Assembly (NCBI RefSeq): GCF_009914755.1
Contig: NC_060928.1
DNA: 64,000 nt
Source of the DNA: the human T2T-CHM13v2.0 reference genome, Homo sapiens
Direction: 5' to 3' (one strand)
Shown: in pieces, positions 25,208-38,774 of the stretch
Layout: every line of letters starts with the position of its first letter
Numbering within the stretch: the first letter of the stretch is position 1
The notes under the pieces: generated by a model
What the model was told of the DNA's origin: nothing
Databases searched by the model: none
The model's input: only the letters and a program-made list of their open reading frames with translations
Program-made: the position numbers and the translations under genes

Positions 25208-28200
25208 GGGGACTCTAAGAATTCTAGTAATAAACACTTCCTATATAAAATTATTGTGCAGGTGGGAAAAAGAATTCATTTCTATTCATTATTGCATCAT
25301 TTTAAAAAATTTACTATGCAGACTGTAGAAATACGCTATAAAACTTTATGCATTCGCAATTGTTAAAATGTTTTATTAGGACGTATATTTGGCATACTGC
25401 CCTCATTTCACTTTAGTGACTGAGACTGTTGCTTAAAAGAACGTTCTGTTTCCCTGTAAGTACTTTCTAGTCATTTCCTAAATAGTAATGGAGGGACATT
25501 GCCCCCAGCAGGGAAAAAAGAGAATAGAAATAGAGATCTATTCTAGCAATTCATCTAAAAAGTAATGAATATGAGTACGAGAAACTGTACACATTGTCAA
25601 AAAGCAGTCTTAAAAATAAACATGCTCTCAGAAAGAAGCCAGCTGTTAAGTTGGTTCTGTATTTTGTAATCATCTACATTTTTAAGACAAAGTATCTTAA
25701 ACATTATTTTATATAGATAATATTGAAAACTGAAATTAATTAAAAATGGCTCATTTATGAACTGTGTATGTCCAAAACATCAGCAATGTTATAGTAGTTA
25801 AAAATAGTATATAACTGATTCTGTTCTGTTACATATCAGAACTTGATATAAGGTCTTATAGCTCTTAAAATGAATTAATTTTGGGGACCCCTAAACTTTA
25901 TGAAGTCAGAGGTGAATGTGTTTATTTGACTATCTCAGGAATCATCTCACCCTAAAATATTGATAGATTGGTTTAATTTAAATTTGTGGTATCCTTTTTC
26001 TTTAAAAGTAGAGAAATTATATTGCAAACACAGGAAGAAGCGGTATTAGAAGTTTCTTTCTCTATGACATTGTTCTGAAACATTATGCCACAGTTACAAT
26101 CGGCAATTCAAAATTTATGAAGCATTGCATAATTTATTGCCACATTTCAGGCTGTTTCTTTTTTTTTAAGTTACAGCAGGGATGAACATTTTGAGGCATT
26201 TTCAGATACAGACTTTTAAAGTTATTCTCTCTTTCTCTCTCTCTGGCCTGCTTCCTTCCAATCCCCCACCCCTGTCTAAAATTGAGAACTTTTGAACATC
26301 TCTATGTCTGTGACGAGATTGAATTTATGTATGGTTGGCATTTAAAATAAAATGTTATTGCGGAAAATGTCAGAAAGTGTAGAAGTTAAGTCATCTGTTA
26401 GAGGAACTTAATATACTTTATAACGTTGTAATTTTTATCAGATTTAAAAGATTTATTGTGTCATAAATAAATTGATGTTATCCGTAAACTTGAACTTTCT
26501 CTGGGAGTAAATACTAGTCATTGAAGAAAGTAAATTGAAAGGTAAAGAATTTAAATAGTCTCTTTAAATACTCCAGGATTGATAATAGGGACAGTATTTT
26601 AGTTTGAGAATTTTTCGAAAGCTCTAATATAGGGTACTATGTACTTGCATTTAGAATAATCAAAACATCTAAACATTAAGAAATCTCCGATGGATTGAAA
26701 AATATGTGAAATAAACACTTGCTTTCACTAGAATGCCATTTCTGTTCTCACATGGTTGAGTTCTGTGAAGCAATATATTGAAAAAGGACACTTTAAAATT
26801 ACCCGACTATCATCTAATATAGACGATCTCTGTACTCCCATCACTCTGTCTTTGATTCTGTGAAAGATATAAAAGAATGCACATCCTCTTTCTCAAATGA
26901 TTTAAGAATCGAATTGAAAAGAGTAAACACTTGATACAAATAGCAAAGTGTCATAGCAAATCAAAAGTAAAATACTATAGGCCAATGCCTAGAAAACAAA
27001 CAAAAAAACCTGATAAACAAGTAGAATTTAAGTTCATAAGCACTGCCAGAAATATCTCTAAGTGTTCTAATTTCATGCTATATATTTTATAAAGGAGGCT
27101 TTTGCATAGTTCATTTACTTATTTATTCTCCTGAATATTTTAAGTATGGTCTTAAGAATAAAACATTTTATTTCATTTTGAATTTCAATATACAATTTTG
27201 AAAGGATTTTGATTAATACAACCACCATATTATTTAAATCTTCACACAGCACTTGTTAATGTTTATTTTGCTGGAAATTAAGACAACATTTTCTGAAAGT
27301 TATCAGTGTTTATATTTACTAGAAAGTTACACAAACTATTTACATCTATTTACATTTTATGCCACGGATACCAGTGTGATGACTGAATCTTCAAAAGACA
27401 AGCCCAATGTTAGGTCAGCTCATGCTTAATGCTGGTATGCTCCCTCATCAGTCTGTGTTGAGAAAACAAGAGTTCTCAACACAGCTGAACTGAGTGTCAC
27501 AGACTTCTGGTCCCATTGAACGGGCAGCTTTGAGATTTGGAGCAAATTATTGGATCTCTGATAGTCACTCCCTCAGATACTGCACTAAAGTTTCTAAAGT
27601 TTATCCTTAATGATGGGAAATGTTATGATTCTCTAAGTGAACAGAAAGAGGTTCAATATCCTCCCAGTCAGGGAGGAAAGCGTTGACTTTAAACAATTAC
27701 AGGCTAACAAACGCAAGTGCTAAATATGTTTTTGAGAGTATGGAAAAGGCTACTCCCAGACACCGCCCAGTTGGTTGGTTGGGATGATGCCAGCAGCTTT
27801 CTTCCCAGCCACAGGTTTTGCCCTTTCTTACTGTCTGACTCACAGTATGGAACTTTCTACCTGTGAGTAAAACTTGGTTTCCTGTGATGCACAGTTCTGG
27901 TAGGAACGTGATTTCTCTAGTGTATTGAGAAGGCGGGAGCAAGGACAAGCTATTTAACAACACTGAATTAATAAGAAACATTCTACAATATAGAGAGGAA
28001 CCCAAAAGAAACTAGAGCTCTGGAGGGATCTTCACGGTAAATTGAATTTCTCAGGCTTCCTGCCTCCCCATCCCCAGGTCCCGTCATTATCCACCGAAGA
28101 TATTTGTCCATGCAGCCTCCTCGTGTTTCTCTCTTTTGACTGTCCTTATTATTCCCAACACACTCAAAAGCTTTTGTGGCTCTTTCTAAGGTAAAATTTG

Positions 28201-30092
28201 ACCAAATTTTTAAAAAATCATAGTTAGAAATGTATTAGGACACTAATAAACACTTAACACTTAACCACAAATATTGAATTATTGTACCTCTTAGGGCACC
28301 AGTTTTGACCATGTGTAAAAGAAGAGAAAAAGAAGAGTGAAAATAAGTTGTGTGAGTCATCAGTCAACAATATAGTACACTTAATTAAAGGAGAAATTTC
28401 CCTTGGCATTGATACATTTGTGGGCGAGAGAACTTTGCCCCCACATGAATGAAACATGTTTGAATTAGGACACCACAGCAACAGCCTGTGAAATCTTAAA
28501 GTGTCCAAATAAATTTCTAATTATAGAAAGATTCTCATTAAACAGTGAACATGTATAATTACAGAAAGGTTTTCACTTAATTAGAATCTCATCAGAGCTT
28601 CCATCTGCATCAAGATTTTGATAATAGAGGTCAAGACCTTTTGGGGTTATTGGGGAAAAGTAGGTCAAAATATGAGGGAGTTGTAAATCTATCATGCAGT
28701 TTTTGGCATAAATAATTTTTATTGAGTTTTGGAAAAATCAGACAGAAAATAAATGTGGTTATAAAATGTAAAGAGTGGGTGTCAGCATCATTTACACTGA
28801 GGATACCTGCCAATGCTGCTAGCATTACAAATTACATATGACCTAGCATGCCCATTGTTGAATTTTATATATTTGAGTGAGAAAAATTGCAATAGTGAAA
28901 GAAGCAAAAATGTTGAAAGCTGTAGCAGCAAATTTGCTGTTTAATGTAGGATTCTGTGTATGGAATCATAGTTATCTTGCTGATAAACTTTAGACAGCAA
29001 TTCTCCAGGAAACCATAAAGCAATTTAATTTGAGGAAAAAAGCTTAAACTGAACACTTTAAGTTCATATTGTGTGTTAATTACAGCAGTACATGGGGATC
29101 CACTTATGCAATGAACGGTAGACAGACCACCTTATTTGATGTTCACCTTTTTTTATATGTAATAACAAATTTACTATTCCTAAATAACATCCTTTTTACT
29201 TGGACAGTGTTTTAAAGAATAACTGTTATTTTGGTGATTTAATCGAAAGCACCATTTCTACAAAGGTAATCACTTAAATGTCAATGCTTCCAGAGGATTA
29301 AAAACCTGGCTGAGTACCAGGAATTTTTCTAGGCAATGGTGATTTAATGATACATAAGCTATAGTTCTTGCCTTGAGCAGCTCAAGGACACATGACCAAG
29401 TAATTATCATACAACATTATAAACTATGAAACAGAATGTCTAAGATAGTTTGGAAAGAGAGTTAAGAAGCAGCAAAGACTTATCTGTGCCAACGACACAA
29501 AAATGGAGAATTTAGTTATTTATTCAAATGCTTTTTCTTGAGACTCTTTTACCAGGCCCAATGCCCCCCTGCCATTAATCGGTTATAGCTACCCCATCTC
29601 TTGTTAACTCTGAGTTATTTTTAATTAATGGAGACCTCATTTGATAGTCTAATATGAAGAAGTCATTCAGTAGAACAAGAGGAAAGGATTAACACTATGC
29701 ATTGCTACATATCATTAACTTGTGTGGCTATAGTTTCATTTCCCATGAAAAATAACCAAAGGCTTTAATAACGTATTTCTCTTCAGAAAATGTACCAGTA
29801 AAATTGTATTACTTCAAGTCAATATGTATTCATTCAGTGAACAGTTTGTTACTAATCTCTGAAGACAAAAAGGCCTGGAAGATGTAGTCCTTGCCCTCAA
29901 GGAATTTCAGATTGAACGGGGAAAATAAACATATAAATAATGAATCCTAACACAAAATAAAATGCATTAAGTGCTAAATCAAGGTACAAGTAATTGGCTA
30001 TGGTTGAATAAAATGCTTCCATCTTTTCCCCCCATCTCCCTGGCCACTAACTAGCTTCTCTTGCCTCCTTTATCCTAATCCTGGGCCACTCT

Positions 30093-30224
30093 TAGGGTGA
30101 ACACATAATTTACTATCTAAACCAGGACATATCTAAGAATGAAGGAGGACAATTAGTAATTACAACAATACAATAGATATGAACCAGAACTGTCTGAGGC
30201 AAATAAAAATGAAAGATAACTTTA
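30093..30224 (+). mobile_element. MER81-like hAT-Blackjack MITE
   Basis: 'tagggtgaacacataatttactatctaaaccaggacat..gaatgaagg..tagtaattac' is colinear with the remembered MER81 consensus; about 130 bp. Confidence 0.65.
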
Positions 30225-31723
30225 TTCGTACTCCATCCTGATGCCAAAGTGAGCATTTAAAATGCAACCTGGTTATTGATGCACTCTTACTTAAAATCAT
30301 TTAATGGTTCTCCATTACTCTTTATGATAAAATCCAGCCTTTTACTTGAGTATGAAGGTATTTTCATGATCTGTATCTGTCTCTTCTCTGCTTAACAGAA
30401 TCTCTCTTCACCAGGTTTTACCTCTTTTTCTTGCCCTCACACACCTCGTTTTCTTCTGATTTTCTCACTTGTAATTATGTACTGGAAGTTATTTTCAGAG
30501 GTTAATGAATTCTTAACATACTTGTCATTCCCCCAGGACAAAACGTTCCTTTAGATCAGGGATATATTCTAGCATTTTAAAAAAACCTTCACTAATGAAC
30601 ACAGTATTTGACACATTAATAAATATTTAATTAATATTTTGGACAGAAAAAACAAGTTAATATAAACATGTTTTATGATGTGGATTGAGAAAGATGCTAC
30701 TCAAAATCTTGTTGACGTAGAAGCAGACAGTAGAATGATGATTTCCAGAGGCTTTGGGGGATGGATTTGGAGGGGGAGATTAGAATATGCTAAAAACAAA
30801 ACCAACAACCACAACAAAAACCACCCAGATCTCACTGACTGTTGGTTTCTAAGCTGGGTTTAAAAGAAGAGATTTTTATGGAAAAATTATGAGAAAAGGT
30901 ACATTTCAGATAGCAGAATGAGTGAAAGTATAGGCTATAAAAATGATTTATTTTCTTATAGAGAAAGATTTTCAAATTTAGGTAAGTTTTGAATATATTT
31001 GTGAAATGTATATGTGGAAATAGAATTTTTCAGTAAGAGATTCTGAAAAATGATGGAGATCTCTGAATGCAATAGAAGTTGCATTTATCTCCATTACAGT
31101 CCTTATGCAGGTGCAGTTTGAAATATGGTCTAAAAGGACGTCTGATTTCACAATGACTTTTCTCTTGATTTTAAAGGGTAAAGATGCTTTTAGTTTGTAA
31201 GACTGTGCCCAGTGAAAGATAAATAGCTTAAGTCTGCTCGTGGTATCCCCAATGCGGAGATCTCCCATGAAGTTTTTGGTCCTAGAGATCATATCTAGAA
31301 GGAACTCAATTAATAACTTCCTACTTGCTTCTATTCATCAACTTCTTGCTTTCTGTATATTAATCAAGACTGCAACGTCTCCGGATCTGCCTCCTCCCAG
31401 GTTCAAGTCTAGCAGAGTAATACTTGTTTCCCAAGAATGTGAACTAAAGTCTTGGGCCTAATTTACATGACCTAAATTTGATCATACAACTTTCTACAAT
31501 CAATCACTGTAGCCAGATTGGGGCAATTGTCAAATTGGCCAGTCCTATATTATATAACCATCCTGGAACAGGAGGAGGCATTAGCTCCACCTAGGGGGCT
31601 TGTTCTGAGCCTGCAAATGGGAGAGGATTCTGAAGGAAGGCTGAACTTCAAAAGCTACAAATATCCAGCAAGCCTTGCCACCTTTCCTCGTCTCCGGCCA
31701 AGTGGTAAACCAAAGTTTTCCCA

Positions 31724-31836
31724 TTTAGAAGTTTTAGTATCTCACCAAATCCTGCCCTCCCATAGCAGTGAGACATTACGAGAAAACGGTTTCTATGGTG
31801 TTCGTCTCTGCTTGCTGTGACCCAATGGAGATTAAT
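31724..31836. repeat. 113-bp dispersed direct duplication, copy 1
   Basis: Gap-free alignment to 32463-32575 with 13 substitutions by my count (about 88% identity). Confidence 0.93.
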
Positions 31837-32462
31837 TGCTAAAGAAATCATGTTAATTCAATTTTAGGTTTGATGGTTATTGACTGATATAAAAAATCTA
31901 AAGTGTGTGCTTCAGGTTCATTTACTACTAAAAAATAATTCCGAGAGTAGTATACAAAACCAACACGATGCAAACGGAAACCTCTTAAATGCAAATATTT
32001 CTCCTCCTGAGTTCTTCTTTCACCATTTTACCCATGCTTCCTAAGCCATATGCTAATTCTCTCAAATCTGCACATAGGTTGAAACCCCAAAATTGTCATT
32101 TTTATAGGTCAAATGGTCAAATATCCATAATTTCATGGGATTCAGCCTAATATATAATTCAACTCCAAACTCTCAACTGAACTTTATCTGGTAATCTCAT
32201 AAGAGTTTCCAATTATAAGTGCTCAAAGTGGATACATTATCTCTCCTCTAAATCAATTCCTCCTCATTTATTTTGTGTATAGGAAAATGACATCCAAGCT
32301 TCTGTCATACAGAAATTCTAATGATATCCATGCCTCACCACTTTCTCCACCTTTATATATGTTAGGTTATTTGATCATACTCTATCAGGAAAACAGAATT
32401 ACACAAAAACTGATGTTAACATCTGCTGTTACCCTGACTCTGCAAAGCAACTTATTCAATTC

Positions 32463-32575
32463 TTTAGATATTTTAGTATCTCACCAAATCTTGCCCTCCT
32501 GTAGCAGTGAGACATTACAAAAAAGCTATTTCTATGGTGTTCGTCCCTACTTGCTGTGACCCAATGGAGGTTAAT
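32463..32575. repeat. 113-bp dispersed direct duplication, copy 2
   Basis: Gap-free alignment to 31724-31836; the flanks are unrelated. Confidence 0.93.
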
Positions 32576-33399
32576 AAATATATTAATTTAATATAAAACA
32601 AAACGTTGAGATAGTTAAGAGGACAAGTTATATTTTAAAATATGTTATTAACAGATATTTTTAAAAATATATTAAAAACTTACCTTTGTGTATAATAAGA
32701 TCAGTTATCTGTGCAGGTATTGGCACATACAGTTTATATAAAATGGACTTACATCTTTCATGTATATGAATGTTTGGACCTGTTTTGATTTTTAATGACA
32801 AGTAGAATAAACTCCTTTACAGTTATCCTTGTGACAGCAATAGTTATTTCAGTATATGATATTGAAACTCACATTTGTTTATTGTTTATGTGGATGTTAG
32901 TGAAAACTATTTCCATGATGAGAACAAAGGCAGTTCTATTTTCAAAATCGGAGTGTTTCTTAGAAAACAGATTTAAAATGCAGTTTCATGATTAATGATG
33001 GAACACGTATGCAAAAATTAAAACATGTACTCTATAGTATGAAGATTCTCTTTATATACAAAAACCTTTTTCATAACTACAAATAAAATTACTTTTTCAT
33101 AGCATAATTTTGATAACTTTTGTTGCCAGTTTAAATATCCTGAGCACATTTATCTAGAAAGAAAAAAGAATTCATTTTGCATTATCTTGGAGGTTATAAT
33201 AAATCACTAAAACTAACTGTTGCAGGAAAAATTAGACGCTAGTAAACCTGGAAAAGGTCTCAGGAAATTAGCTGTTTCCTATGCTCTTATCAGAAAGACC
33301 TAATTTCAAACAGGACAGACGATGGTTGTTCACCTATTTAAGCATCACTCAAGGCTGAGAATCCAAAACCTCTTTTCTGGTAACTTGTATACTTTTCAT

Positions 33400-33605
33400 C
33401 ATAGCACGTTGGGAGGATTGATTGGAAGCTGGTCAGATTTGAATTTCAACGTTCTCTACAGCACTTTCTAGCTACGTAGACATGAGCTAGTTGCTTGGCT
33501 TGCATGTTACCCAGTTGTGAAAGGAGATGTGATTCCTATTGCATAGGATTGCAGGGTGCACTCACTACCGCATCTGCAACACACCAGGCACTCAATAATG
33601 GAGCC
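33400..33605 (+). mobile_element. MIR SINE
   Basis: 'ttctagctacgtagacatgagctagttgctt', 'cctattgcataggattgcaggg', 'aggcactcaataatg'. Confidence 0.5.
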
Positions 33606-34124
33606 AAATTTAATGTTTGGGGAAAATATTTTTGCATGTTTTATGACCAGTGGTTTATAGAAACCCCTATAAGTACAAAAATGTGGCTAGTTTCAAGATT
33701 TGTATCTAATAAAACTTTTCTATGGAAATATTTTCATCTCATTCTTCATCTTTTCTGATTTTTCTCATCTCAATACTAAGAACCATTTCATGCTCAATGT
33801 AGTTTAAATATTACCTACTTACATTTTTCTATTGGTCAAACCTGATAGTATAAATAACAGTCCATTTTTTATTCATTCATTAACTCTTCTCTCTTGGTAG
33901 TCAGTCCACTCTAGACCCACTGATCTTGATATAAATTTGTATATAATACTTAATTTGTATCTTTTCAGGTAATTTAATTATCCTATTATATTTAGTTTAT
34001 ATTCATGTTTACTCATACCACCAACTCACCTAAATTCTCCAAGACATTATACACTATGTGTTTAGATTTCTTGGTTCAAGAAACTCTGATACATTTGGAT
34101 TCTTCTGCAAATTATTTTTGTGAT

Positions 34125-34545
34125 TGTATTAGTTGGGGTTTTTCAGATAAACAGAACCAACATGACACATGTATGTATCTATAAAGCAAGAGAGATTTAT
34201 TTTAAGGAATTGGCTCATGTAAGTGAAGAGTCTTGATGCATCTATAATCTGCAGAGTGGGCCAACTGGCTGGAGACCCAGGAAGGAATTGCACTTTGAGT
34301 CCAAAGACAGTATGCTGCAGAATTCATTCTTATTCAGGGGTAGTCAGCCTTTGTTCTATTAAGGTCTCCAACTGATGGGATGAAGCCCACTTCTGTTACA
34401 GAAGGTCATCTGTTTTACTCAAGTCCACTGATTTAAATGTTGATCTCATCCAAAAACACCTTCACGGAAACATCCAGGATCATGTTTTACCAAATATGTG
34501 AGCACAGTGGTCCAGGCATGTTGGTACATAAAATTATCCATTAGA
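34125..34545 (-). mobile_element. MLT2 (ERVL) solo LTR
   Basis: 'tgtattagt..cagataaacagaaccaa..gagatttattttaaggaattggctcatg..ctggagacccagg..actgatttaaatgttgatctcatccaaaaacaccttcac..acataaaattatccat'. Confidence 0.88.
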
Positions 34546-37500
34546 CTGGCCTTCAATAAAATTTAATAAGTAATTTAAAAATATCACTACCAATCCATTC
34601 TATATAAATATAGAAAAGCTCTCCCTTGTTTTTATTTTCAAAAACAGAGGGACTAATTATGTATTATCAAAAAATACTTTCATTCACTATCAATTTTATC
34701 TTTTCCTTAGATATAAATTAATGCATGTATGCTTCAAATAAGTCAAATATTTGACTTATTTATTTAAATAAAAAATAGATATAAAATATGTTGTATATAT
34801 TAAAGACATATAATTATATGCTTAACACTTTATAACTACAACTTTATCTCTCACTAAATTTTTTATACTACTGTTGAAAGTTTTAGGTGGTTAAAATCAT
34901 ACTCAGAAGAAAAATATATTTTAAAAAGTAAAAACCATTGGACAAAGTAAAAACTATTGTGTCATTTGCTGTCCTAACACTGAATTTTGCATGTAGGTAT
35001 AGTAGATAAAAAATCAGCTTGGGCATCAGACAGGCCTGGGTTGAAATCCAGAATTTACTATTTATTAGTTGTGGATTTAAAATGATATTTTAAGGAGACT
35101 TTTAGCCTTCTCAGCACAGACACATTCAAAGTTCTTTCTTTTGTCATGGGAACTTTTGGATACCACACGTTTCAAAGGGAACATTGATTGTGTCCCTGGA
35201 TAAATGATCTATGACATCGTGTGGACCTCTACTTAGCTGGCAACAAAGAACTGTAATCCAGGTATTTTTATTCATGGCCATTTTGAGCTCTTGTATTTTT
35301 ATTAATTTCTGAGCCAGAATTTTTTTTAGAGATTTTTCTTAAAGGGCACGTAGTCCATGTACTGTAAAATATGATCAAATCTACCTCTTAAACAATGTAG
35401 GGAGCTGCATAACACACCCATTTTAGTGCATCCTGTCATATCCTCCCTGATTATAGTTACTTGGTGCCTTTCAGTATTTTTGAGGGGTGTTATGAAAAAC
35501 ATCAACTCATTATGGCCTCTAACATTAAGAGGATGTCATGTTTTAATCAACCACTGTCTTCCTTTGAATAGTGGGAGAAATTTCAGTGTAGTCTGAGGGC
35601 CAAGAATACTACTTATGCTTTTCAAGAGTAATTGTTTATTTTACTATATGACAGCAATTGCAAAAGTTTGAGTTACTAAATTTATCTATGTCTTTGCACT
35701 GACTATTTGGAAGCACAGAAATGTATGTGGCATCCATACATAGTAACAATAATAATCTTCATAACTAAAACGTTAATATAATCAATATATTAAACATCTT
35801 TTATAAACACTGTTATATACTAGGTATTGTACAAAGTATATGACATATAACTTTGATTCTCCCTAAAAACCCTAGAAATAATACAGATTAGAATGAAATT
35901 GTTTTTCAGTTTTATTCCTGGCTTCTTGTGAAATCCAGGTTTTTCTTTTGTGCTATTTTTAATTTATGTTGTTTGGTGGTAGTTTACATGACTTTATACT
36001 ATTTAAATACTTTCGTGAATTTGGCTCCCCACAGAATGTAAATTCCAATAAGGGCAGGTACTTAGTCTGTTTTGTTACCACTGTATCCCCAATATTTAAC
36101 CCAGATGCTCAAAAAATATTTACTAAATAACTAATTGAGTAAAAACACAGATATTAATGAATATGCCTTTTCCTCCATGCACACCCAACTGAAAGAGATT
36201 GAATTATGTGATTTATGTGACATTCAAGTAAGGACATTGAAACAATAGAGCTTTCTAGCTGTGTTTCAGGAGTTAAAGATGTAGTTGAAGGCTGACATAC
36301 AGCAGGTGCTCATTAAAGTATTATTACAGTGTGTCAATAATTTAGATCGGCTAACTTATGTATTAACATTACCTTCAGTACAAGTTGTTGTTCAGCAGTA
36401 CACTGCCAATCAGAAAGCAGCAATCAAGGGCCTAAAATGAAATATTTGTCTGCCAAATTATAAAAACATTGGTAGCAATATCAGTAATGCAAAAAAGTAA
36501 TAAAAATACTGAAGTAGCAAACACAGAAACAGAATATGATAGGGTATGGGGAACACACTTTGTTTTCCTAAAACTTCTCAAATTCATCATTAGTAAAAAG
36601 CTTTTTTAAAAGGTGGGGAAGAGTGAAGTGAGGCAGATACTATTTTTCCCAGTATCATGGTATAGTTTTGCATAACGTGCAATTATACCTGTAGCTCTTT
36701 GTTTTCACATTGGCTGGTGCTAGATGTAAAAATTACTATTTATGAATGATGTCCATACAACTGGAAACCCACTGGTACTGCTTTGTTCAGAAAAACAAGT
36801 AAAACAGTTTAGAGAACTGGAGCAGCTTCCTACATTATTTTTTTCTGCAAGAAATATCCTCAAGACGATCCTGGAAAGGCAGGGTTACTCTGCCTCTTAG
36901 GAGGAATGTATCCCCCACCCAAAATGATATTGGATTAACTGTGATCGTAGTCACCCAGGCATGAGACAAACACCTGCCCTCCCACCCCCCGTCTCCCCTG
37001 AGCAGCCTCATAATTTAGATATCTTCTTAAGCAGATCACTGGCCTAAGCAACAGATATATTCAGCAAGAGGAAAGTAAATCACTCAGAATGAAAGTAATT
37101 TTTCTAAAAGAAATGGAATTAAGATAGCGGAATTCAACCAGACTTGTAAAAACAAGACTTTACAGCAGACACTACATTTGAGGGATGGGAGTTGATCTCA
37201 TGTTAATGTGGATTTGGTTTAATCGGTTGCTAGCAGAATGAGGATTATTTAGGAAACAGTGCCCTCTGTGTGTGCAGTCTCTCATGTGACAGTATCAGGC
37301 CCTCTCAGGAAACAGAGATATGGACAAAGGGAAATTCAAACAAATTAGTTTATATTTGCTAAGCATTTTTATGGAGGAAAAATAAATCTGCCAGTAAAAG
37401 ACACACAGTAATTAGTCTCTCTAATGGAAAAGTAGGGTCTGATTAAGAATCTTCTGCTAATGCACTCTAGAGTTAGTTATAACCAAATTACTGAAAATGT

Positions 37501-38774
37501 TCAAAAAGTCCTTCTATTATTACTTGACTTGCTTTGTCTCATTTGTCAAAGGGCTTCTGCAACCTTTCTTGCTGAGCGAATGTCCTTTTCGCAGCCTTGC
37601 ATTTCTGTGTGGGCCTGAATGCCTCTGCCAGTTGTGCCTGATCACCCAGCAGGCACAATTAAGGGAGTGCATTAGTACTTCAGTAGATAATAGAAGCTCT
37701 TAAAGAGCTTTCTATAAGAGTCTGTGTGGCATATTTCTATATTTTTAAGTCAACTGGATTCACTGTTTAATAACCTGAACAGTTTGAATAATTTGAAATC
37801 ACAGAAATAAAAAGAGAAAAAGAAGTTGGGTAATGTATTTTTCTTCAGCTTCTTCTATACATTATCCTGTCTGTAGATCTAAGATAAATGGGAAGATTAT
37901 ATCCAAATACCAACAGTACATGCTTATTTACATAATATGACTGTGGACTAGCTAACCAGTGGTTCTCTTCATAAGCACAGCTCAGTTTGATCATGTTGAC
38001 TAAAGTAATGAGATTGATAAGCAATAGGATGAATGAGGTGCAGAAGCAATAAATCAATACAGAAAAAAAATTTTTTTCAACCTGTTGGCAACCAACATTT
38101 TAATTGCAATAAGGAGTGTAGTTTGAAAAAAATGGCTTTTAGTGCATAAAACAACAGAGAATCTCATTTTTCTAACACCTACATGCTTGGAGGGGTGCTA
38201 TTGTAATTGCAGGAATGTAGGCCATCACAGAAAACATAAGTTGTTTCTCAGCTTTTGTTTTTTTCAATGACTGCTCTACCACAAACACCGCATCATAATC
38301 TTAGGGTGGGGTTGGGGAGATTTGTGTTTTAACAAGAACCACAGATGACAATTCCTGTCTATAATAAAATTTGGAAATGAGAACTATTGATCAGTGTGTT
38401 AGCTAATTATTTGGTTAAGCACAGTTAGATGTATGGACATGGCTTAACATGCCAAAGGGTTTGGAATTTCTAGATTCCTGATACAAATCTGTTTGACAAA
38501 ATAAACAGAAACTCTAATGTATTTTTGTAGTCACGATTTACTTTTTAAAAATATACATATTTCAATATACACTTTTTGACTTGCAGTTACTCTGAAACAC
38601 TATGCAAAGCCCTGGAGATATAAGGACAAATGCCGCTTGTTTTCTCCCAATAAGGAACCTGGAGTCTAGTTTCAGAGGCGAAGAGTAAACAGAATATGAT
38701 AATGTCCTGGTGTAGTGATAATCAGCACAGACTGCTCTGGGAAAATAGCTGATAGTCTTTCCAGAAATGCAGTG

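Noticed and set aside
25900-26400. Repeat-poor stretch with homeobox-like motifs (TTTATG, TTTATTG) as a conserved enhancer
   Set aside because: Such motifs are ubiquitous in AT-rich DNA; cannot be supported without conservation data.
31724-31836. H/ACA snoRNA reading of the duplicated unit
   Set aside because: Only one convincing stem and no correctly placed terminal ACA box.
31518-32559. Two plus-strand ORFs sharing a C-terminus (LVSHQILPS..SSETL..FYGVR..LL) as paralogous small proteins
   Set aside because: Explained by the 113-bp DNA duplication; both use non-ATG starts and the differences in this frame are mostly non-synonymous.
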